The position numbers were made by a program, and so were the translations under genes. A stretch of 59,164 bases of DNA, the filler included, from Dugesia japonica (Eukaryota), in the NCBI GenBank assembly GCA_001938525.1. It is 5 parts of 5 records of this genome, joined end to end, with 100 filler letters (N's around TTAATTAATTAA, not from the genome) between each part and the next. Parts side by side here need not be neighbours in the genome. Positions count along the whole stretch, not along the records: positions 46,549 to 59,164 come from MQRL01617781.1; 4 more parts are not named here. One strand, written 5' to 3'. Shown one piece after another: positions 50,501 through 59,164 of the stretch. The notes beneath the pieces are model-generated. The model did not search any database. It had not been told where the DNA came from and saw only the letters and a program-made list of their open reading frames with translations. Numbering within the stretch: the first letter of the stretch is position 1; every line of letters begins with the position of its first letter.

Positions 50501-53500
50501 GAGATCGTTGTGAATCCCTGAAAAATTGGTCATATAGAATTAAATTTCTTTAAAAAATACATTTTTCATCGAGTTGGGTTGTGACCAATTTGTTGTGCAC
50601 CACAGGTGTATGTAATTATTTTAAACTTAATCATTTTGACTTTCTAATAATTTTCTTTCTAATAATAAAAAAAATCTTGATTAGAATTTTGACTAATTTG
50701 CCAGTGTATTGCAGTGTTCTATGTTTCATTAAAGATTGCCGATAAGCATCACTATTTACAATTATACAAATGTAGACGATTAGGCAAAAGAATAAACATA
50801 AATTATTCCAAGCGATGGTGAAAAAAATGGGATTTAAAAGACATTTTTGAATTTTCCTTTAAACGACATAGAGAAAATAAAGGAAAAACTTGTTTTGATC
50901 TTATTTTAAAATAATTATGAAATATTATTTTGACTCAATTCGTGAATGTTCTTTCTTCCCCCTTAAAAATGAACTGGCCATAAATGAAAGTGATCTTTGA
51001 ACATATGAATATATGAACATAGTATAATTTTTAGATTAATTTAAAAAATATACAAAATGGTAAAATTGTGATCAGATATTAATTCACAACGCGTATAATG
51101 AATCAAAACAAACCAATATAAACCAAGCTATGCAAGTATACTGTGTCAAGAGGCTTTTACTAGTTTTTGCTTTAAATTGGTACACCTTAATAACCACAAG
51201 TGTATATTTTGTTTATAATTATCAATAATTTATTTACAATTTAATAAGTGAAATAATTATAATGGAATCTATTATAAAGCATTCAGTTTTCGGTTAATAA
51301 GATTATTAGAATTATAATAAATCATTTTTTAATATCAAATAACTATGGAGTAGGTAGCTGAATATGGTACTTTGTCTAATTTCCATTATATCAGTGCTAA
51401 CATTAAATTTAAAATACAGTTCCATCTAAAGTGACCAGATATTCCGGATTGTGTGGGACACTCCCAGATTTAAGCTGTCCGTCCCTCATTGAACAGCGTC
51501 CCGGAAACGTCCCACATTTGGGCATTTAATATTTTTTTATTTTTTCCCTAATTTCATTGAATATAATCACGTTGTGTAATATATGAATCCATTTTTTAAA
51601 GTCAATATCGGGTGTTGTAAATAAAATATGGCCGTAGAAATAATGCCTTTGGTCATTTTTTACGTATGCTGTACATAAGGCTATGTGGTAGTATCACACT
51701 GTTTCTTTTTTTTGCAGACGTCACTAGTGAGGAGAAAACAAATAAATATTTTATTACTAGTAGCATCTCGCATTCGTACTCAAGATATCTGGTCACTTTA
51801 GTTCTATCCTTCTCTCGTTTTGTGCAATGAATCTCTGATAAAATGCAAAACATAGAGAAGTGGGAGAAAATATTATTTTATTTTTAGTAAACTATGATGA
51901 AATACAATATAAAATCATACAGTGACCAGCAAATAATTCAACAGTAAAACAAAGATCTTGTGAGTCCGTCTTAAAAAATGATGCTATTATTGTTCTAATT
52001 AAATGCGAAAACATATTTTTAACAGAAATTTCAAATTTTACAATACTATAAGCGGATCTACTTTGGGCAAACATGGCTTGTTAAAATAGAAAAATATTAT
52101 GCCACTAACATACATCATTCCGAAAACTCCGCGATATTTTCTTTCATTCTCAAAAAAAAATGAAACACACACACAGATAAATAATATGTATTAATCATTT
52201 TCTTAAAATAAAAAAAAATTCTAAATCATCTCAATTCGAAATGAACAAATGTGAAAAGATTAGTAACTATCATTATTAGCTAGAACAACTTCAATATTAT
52301 AATCCATTTGTTGATAACAATTATTTAGAGAAGTTTGTTTAAAATTGAAAGTTCTATTTGAAAAGTTCAATATTCAAACTAATATCTGCACAAATATTTC
52401 ATATTTTAAAAATTTTAAACAAAGACTTTAATTATGAACAGAAAGCTTGAAACCAAACAATCTCAAATACAATTCTCACAATTATGATGAATAAAATTAA
52501 AATAACAAATGAAATATTAACTGAATTATAAAATTTATTTTAGTAAATTTCATCGTTTATTTTTAATGCGGCAATTTTAAACTAAAATCTTTAAGGTTCA
52601 TGAAAAAGATGTCAACCCATCATTTAAAGAACGATTTCTTTTTAAAGTCAATATTCCAGAATTATCAAGGAAGATTGTACGATTCAGATTGATTGGAATC
52701 ACTAAACCGGATATTCATACGGAAATAAGCAAAGCTGTTGTGCAAATAAGTGATGTCGATTTAACAAAAGCAAAGAAATTATGGCTTAATTTAAAAGAAA
52801 TGAGTACAGTAAGAGAATGAAAACAAATTATAAAATATATAAATGTTTAAATTAAGGAAGATGATGGTCGAGGTGAAATCATGCTATCTTTGACTTATTT
52901 GCCAACTGCATCTAGAATAACTTTGGTGATAATCAAAGCAAAAGGTCTTCGATGGAAAATGTTGCGACAAAAACAAGGAGGTATACTTTTATTGAGAATA
53001 TCACTTGAATTTGATATTAACTTATATTTGTAATAAATTTACCGTGTTAATGATATAAAATAAGAAAATAATTTTTAATAGTTATTTCAAACTTTAAATA
53101 AATAAGATATTTCATAGAATCAATCTATTTAAAATTATTTTAATTAAATTAATGGATTTCGCATGATTTAGCTACATTTCTCATTAATAAAAGGCAATTT
53201 ACTTACCGTATTTGTTTTTATTTTTGATTTATTCAATTTTATATACGATTATAGATATTTGGAATAAAACAATCATATACTTATAGTTCCTCTGTCGGTA
53301 TAAACCTCTACCGGTGAAAAATATTCCAGTTTACCGGTAATGCAGTAATTTTTCAATAATTAATAAACAAGGCAAAAACTAAAGGACTCGATATCATAAA
53401 ATAGTAAATAAAAAAAACTATAAAGTACAATAAATGTAATATACATATAGTTGATTTCAATTGTTCTGTTATCAAGTGAATTTTAAAAAATATTGGTATG

Positions 53501-56500
53501 CTTGAAATTTCATTGCCAAAAAATTATAGTTGTTGTAATTATGATATAATAAATATGTATAAAATAATGAATTAATCAAAGTGTGGCGGGCCATTACACT
53601 AGATATATATCAAAAAATCGGAAAACATCTGTTACCGATGTCTGGTTAAATCTAAAACCGAAAATAGCTGTTTTTTGAAATACCTATTTTTGACAAACCT
53701 TAGATTTGATTGAGTAAATTAATATTATATTAAACAAAATAAAAATTTATAATATGGGTTTCTCGAATGTCTGGGAATATTTTGAAAAACTAAAAGACAG
53801 CAATAATGAAGCTTTTATGCAAGTTATGGTAGAAATGTATTAAGTGTGACAGTGGTTCAACAAGTGGGCTAATTGTGCATCTTAATCTGGAACATAAGAT
53901 TTTGACGAAAACAACTATATCAACTGAGGATCATGATACAGGTCTTGACACTCCTACCTTTACATTTCAAAAAAGTAAAACGTTAATATCCAGGTACTTG
54001 CAACAACAAACGTTAGAAGAGATAGTGAGTAGGTAGATGTGAGCGCACAAACACAAATGATTTATCGCACACCACCCTATGCTATGATTTGTGCCATATG
54101 TTATCGTGGATCTCTATAACTAATAACCCTGTGCTATGGGTTAATGTGGATCATTCATAAAAAGATAGAAAAATTTCAAAAGAAAAGAAAAAGAAAATAC
54201 TTAACTATCAAAAAATCTGATCCGATCAAAAAATTCTTAAATCCAAGATTACTAGTAACGTATACGGTTGGTGTGAGTGCACAAACACAGTGATCCTTGC
54301 TAAAAAAAATTAATATTTTGTTTTAATCAATCTCGAAAATAAATTTTAAATTTCCCGCCAACAAATTTACAAATTAAATCAAAACTACATCTCCCCGCAA
54401 CCAATCTAATCAAACACAAATTCAAACACCCTCTTCTCCCCGAGGGAGGGGGTGCACGATAACTCATTTGTGTTTGTGCGCTCACATCTACCCACTATAG
54501 TGTCTAAACTAGTGGCTATATATGGTTTATCTTATTATACATAACAAACTCATCTTTTTTTCGGAAAAAAATTAGTAAACTTGGATAGACTCTTCCAAAA
54601 CATTCAACGGGCACTATGAAATTACATTAAAATAAAGTAATACCTTCGATTAAATTAAATGGTTGTTTTTAATTTAATTTAAGCTATTACTTTATTTTAA
54701 TGAAATCTCAAATGCGATCAATGGTTAAGTCCAACAATTATTCTTGCAATAATTGTAATTATAGAACTATAAAATTAGTAAAACAATATTACAATCAAAT
54801 AAAATTTAAAGTTGTAGAGCAATTACAGTCTAAAATTTCTCTTGGAAAACGGGTTTCTCTTTCTTTTGACGAATGGGCAAGTATCAAAAGAGGAGATATT
54901 GCAATATTATATTGCATGATTGTCATGAAAATAACAAAACAATCTTGGTTTATCAAGAATTACTGAGAAATCTGATGAAAACAAAATTCAGGAAATAGTA
55001 AGAACACGATTAAGCGAGTGCAATGTGAATTTTTATCATATTCTCAGCTAAATCAACGACGGTGTAGCAGTTTTGCGAAAATATAGTAAAGAAAGTGCAG
55101 TTGAATCGGTTTTATGTTTAAATCATGCATTAAATGTGGCAGTGACAAAGTTTTTCTACCAAAAACATTTTGTGGATGAAGATAATTCCATTGAAACTGA
55201 AGAAGATATTATTATGGAAGAAGAATCTGAAAGTGACATTAATATTGATGATGATTATGTTTTGTAAGAACCCTACAATTATTTAATCATTAAAAATATA
55301 AATTCGGCCACTAAAAATAGTGAACATTCATTTTGCAAAACGCTATTTTGACAACTACAGCTTCAATTTTCACCACATCAATGAGATTGTTATCATCAAT
55401 ACAGAAAGGATATTCTTTTGAAGTTTTCATGGAAAAAGTCATCTTTTACAACTATTATTCGAAGCTCTTCTGACAGCAAAGCCAACATCTACCAATAATG
55501 AAAGAACCTTTCCCATAACAAGCCTAATTTGCACTAAAATAAGAACTAATTCATTGTATGAAAACCTGCATATCATTGTTTTTCTTAAATACTTATTTTT
55601 AAAATTTTCAATTAAAGATTAATTGTACAAACTACTCACAGGCAAAGCTGCTGTTGAATGATAAAATAAATTTAAATATTGATTTCTTTATTTATTTGTT
55701 CTTTTTTATGCGTGAAATACACATGTTAATTTTTTTAAAAGTTTCATTTTGTTTAACCTCGGAAAAAAAGATTGTTACCGGAATTTACGAATAAAAATAT
55801 TTTTTAATTTACCGTTTAACGGGTATGAAAAATATTCGCTAATCGAGGAACTAGACATAGCATATTATAATCAGTTTATTTTATTCTTTACAATTATATT
55901 TAATAAATTTAAATAAAAATATTTTATGGAATAAAAACATTGTAAATGAATGTTATATTGTAAATATAAAAATTAATATTTATAAATATATTAACATTAC
56001 TGAAATTAATGAATAATTTCTGGTCAAAATATTTTTGCAAAGATCGAAATAGAAAGTTGTCCAATGGATAAATATCAGGCAAATATTGAGGGTAACCAAG
56101 TTCGTGTGCTTCTGCTATGTTTTTATAGCAGTATGTGGCCTAACATTGTCATGGTGAAGAAGAACACTTTTTTTGTTGGCTAAAATCAGATATTTATTAT
56201 GTAATTTAGTTGATCATTTGTAATTGTTTTGCCAGATGGCAACAAATAAATTGTTTGAGTCCTTTTCGATCCCACTAAAGATAAAAAAAGTTTTGTTGAT
56301 GGTAATCTGGTTTTTGATGTCGTAATTACTGGTTGTCCCGGTAAATATATAGGCTATTTTACGTGCGACATTATTGTATAGAATACGGTTTTCATTTTAC
56401 CCCAAAATGAATCGTTTTCATTTCGTTAAAATAGAGAAGAACATATAAAAAATCAATTCAATTTGTTGTTTTCAATCAGTTAATGAAGTACCCAGTTAGA

Positions 56501-58831
56501 CCATTTACAATAAATCCAAGTCTATTAAAGTGGATTCTAATGGTTATATATATATAACAATTAAAATAATTTAATAAAGTTTAGTTATCTTAGAGTTTGA
56601 AAATTTTTAATGTCAAAAAAGGGACATTATTTTTTTTACCAACCTAATAATATCGATTCAAAGTTAATATATAACTATTCACAAGAGGTGAGGAACCTTT
56701 TGTGTCAAAAGGCCACAAAAGTAAAAAAAACTATTTTTCATAGGGCCACACACAAAAATTCTTTTTGAAATATATTATGTTATATATCACGTTAAATAAA
56801 TAAATTTTTGTGGAAAATACAAACAGCCGGATTTTTATATTTCAGAAAATTAAAATTTCAAAAGTTGGAAACCGCTGCAGAAAAACTGTAAAGGCCTGAA
56901 CTTTTCTCACCTCTGCTGTACACAAGAAGAAAATATCAGTTAATAACGATGCAATAGAATGTGTTTTTTAGATATAGTAAGTTTTCAAATGATAGGCATT
57001 CATAGATATAGATCATCGACATTAAAGTTTTCCAAATGTAGAATAACCAAACGGTTCCAAATAAAAGTATGTAAAATATAATTGTTGAAAATTTGAAAGA
57101 AAAAATTCAATGAGTTACTTAAATTTTAAATAAACATTAAGTTAGAATGTTTTTTTAAGTAAAATAAAAAGCAAAAGAATAAAAATTAACGTATAATTTA
57201 CTAAGAATGGTTGATATTTTTACCATTCATCAGCAGAGGCGTAACTGAGTTTTCGACTCCCTTGGCTAATTTTTTTTGGCGCCCTTGACAAATTTCAGCT
57301 TTGCGACTTTTTCAATTGTTAGAAAAAAATAATTGAATTTCTCCTAATTTTTTTATGACAATAATTACGTAGTCTGACAGTGACAGTCACACAACGTGAA
57401 TATCAAAAATGCAAAAGACGGGAACAATACTAATTTACAGTTTATTATTTACTAAATAATACTAAATAAATTGGTTAATAAAACTGGATATTGTTGCGTT
57501 AATACTGACCCCAGCAATACTTGAAGTATCATGTATTATAAATAAAAAACAATAGTTTCAATGTATCATACTCACTATCTCATACATAAAGATAGAAACT
57601 CACAATTAAAAGGAAATTTAAGTAACACATCACTGATACACTCCTAGTTCTATATCAAAGGCTCAAAGCTTAACTTTTCTCGTTTTAATGTTTGCAAAAT
57701 TAGTGATTATTTCATTGAAGTTTATTCGACGGGTAAGTTCACGTTTGATGGAAAGAAGAGCTAGAGACGATGTGCGTTGTTGGCTTGACGTCGATCTCAA
57801 GTAGTTTTTAATAATTTTTAGTTTGCTGAAACTTCTTTCAGCGGTGGCTACTGTGGTTATTAGCCTTTTTGTTATCGAGGATAAAAGTGAAATATCGTTT
57901 TAAATAAAAATTTAAAAATTAGAGATTTAGCGGCGCCTTTTTGAACTTGCTCGGGCTGACGCCATTTGCAACTGCCCCAATGCCAAGCCGTTATTACGCC
58001 ACGGTTTATCAGTAACAATAACTTAATTAGCACGTTTTTATGCATTCCAAAACCCTTTCACTATGAAAATCAACCATCCCAATCAAACAATCTGAATTAA
58101 TTTTTAATAATAATCGTAATATAGTTTTTGTTGAAATTATGTATTTTACTTAATTTATATTGATTTTGTTGGAACACAACTTTTTTTGGTTCTTCAAGTT
58201 TAATTATGTATAAGGCAAAAGTTACTCTTAATTTTTCTAAGTGACTTCAACCAGTAACTTTATGAATATTTTTCATTTTCATCTGTAACTTATTATTTCA
58301 TGTAATATTTAGATTTGATGATAAGTGTTAGTCTAATATGCAATGGTCGTCGTGTCTGCAAGCGGCAAACAAGTGTTAAAAGAAAAACTAGAGATCCCAT
58401 ATTTAATGAGTCTCTCATATTTTCCGTTAATGATCCAAATGATGACGTTAGTATGACAATGATGTATTTGTTTGAAGAATTGCTTTTAGATATTTTTGAG
58501 ATTGACAGCATCGGAAATTTTACCGACTGGTAGACTTTACACAATTGGACATTGTATTTTAGGATCAACAAGCACTGGAATAGAGCTTACACATTGGCAA
58601 CAGATGATTTCTAATCCTAGGCGCCCAAGTGCAATGTGGCATTGGTTGCATAAAACATCGAAAAAATTGAAAAATCCACCTAAAAATGAAACAAATGGTA
58701 AGAATTCACATGGTCTTACCTCAGATTCTGAACCAATGTTAGATGGTACAGATTATGATGGTAATGGAAGACATAGTGATATTACTCCCCCTGATCCATC
58801 AGAAGTACAAACTGATTTGATTCATCTTTAA
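47587..58831 (+). CDS. SYT12: Synaptotagmin-12-like protein (N-terminal TM + C2A + C2B), 7 exons, 443 aa
   Basis: Exons 47587-47772, 47833-47914, 47957-48207, 52596-52808, 52857-52980, 58313-58446 and 58490-58831; all GT-AG and phase-consistent (1332 nt). C2B GEIMLSLTYLPTASRITLVIIKAKGL, PIFNESLIFSV and GHCILG..THWQQMISNPRRPSAMWH resemble SYT12; the subfamily call is from recalled similarity. Confidence 0.9.
50331..50605. mobile_element. Degenerate hAT MITE in intron 3
   Basis: CAGGGGTGCACAA ... TTGTGCACCACAG imperfect TIRs. Confidence 0.5.
51427..51800. mobile_element. hAT (Blackjack-like) MITE, 374 bp
   Basis: Perfect 16-bp TIR TAAAGTGACCAGATAT; 8-bp TSD GTTCCATC/GTTCTATC (7/8). Confidence 0.88.
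53284..55853 (+). mobile_element. Decayed hAT transposon in intron 5
   Basis: Ends TAGTTCCTC...GAGGAACTA (TSD not retained); transposase relics SNVWEYF..GSTSGLIVHL (BED), VSLSFDEWAS, DGVAV, CLNHALNVAV, KPTSTNNERTF. Confidence 0.85.
54028..54496. mobile_element. 469-bp non-autonomous Polinton-like mini-element
   Basis: 40-bp TIR AGT(A/G)GGTAGATGTGAGCGCACAAACACAAATGA(T/G)TTATCG (38/40); perfect 6-bp TSD ATAGTG (54022-54027, 54497-54502); interrupts the hAT reading TLEEIV|SKLVA. Confidence 0.85.
55990..56648 (-). mobile_element. Decayed mariner transposon
   Basis: VLLHHDNVRPHTA and YPQYLPDIYPLDNFLF (HDNARPH / YSPDLAPSD motifs); end TATTAGGTTGGTAAAAAA. Confidence 0.75.
56683..56915. mobile_element. 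hAT MITE
   Basis: AAGAGGTGAGGAA ... TTCTCACCTCTG; decayed 8-bp TSD CTATTCAC/CTGTACAC. Confidence 0.6.
57234..58004. mobile_element. Non-autonomous hAT element, 771 bp
   Basis: CAGAGGCGTAA ... TTACGCCACGG; 8-bp TSD TTCATCAG/TTTATCAG (7/8). Confidence 0.75.
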
Positions 58832-59164
58832 ATTTTCATTAACCTCTCTTTTCATTTCAAAATACATTTGACTTTTAATTATTTATAATTAAATTAGTTT
58901 TAATCATTATCGCTTAGTTAAAATAATTTTAAAAATAGCCAAAATTGACACCATTTCTAAATCTATATACCAGATGTTGGGAACCTCTGACTACTTAATC
59001 AAAAAATGACCCATTTGAATTCGAAAAATAAAGATTAATAGATACATCACTGAAATAGTATACATGTAATTCTGTTTTTATGCGGCAGATACGTTCCGCG
59101 GCAACTCTCGTAAAAAATAGAGTATTCATATAAAAAAGAGGGGATTGGTTCACAATTTAAATAT

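Overview
AT-rich animal nuclear DNA from a draft assembly. Short 40-60 nt introns and the Gypsy/hAT/Polinton content suggest a planarian-like flatworm (inference). The window is not one locus: four artificial 100-nt spacers (N44-TTAATTAATTAA-N44) join five unrelated pieces of about 10-12.6 kb. There are two host genes: a complete 7-exon synaptotagmin-12-like gene (47587-58831, +) and a divergent PP2A B'' (PPP2R3C-like) gene fragment (35150-36320, -). The rest is mostly nested transposon debris: Gypsy LTR retrotransposons, hAT elements and MITEs, a mariner relic, and many Polinton/Maverick pieces (pPolB, penton, core protein, terminal repeats, a 469-bp mini-element with a 6-bp TSD). The main discovery candidate is a 4.9-kb solo Gypsy LTR (40176-45100, CATG TSD) carrying an unannotated gene cassette: one short leader exon and four downstream coding blocks. 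Each block has its own splice acceptor; A, B and D also have their own stop codon and AATAAA, while the end of C is hidden in an N gap. The same cassette, in the same order and conserved at protein level, sits in a diverged LTR on another contig (12405-16187, -). This looks like a virus-style alternatively spliced accessory-gene unit inside an LTR, and one product carries a dynein light-chain LC8 motif (DKGTQT).
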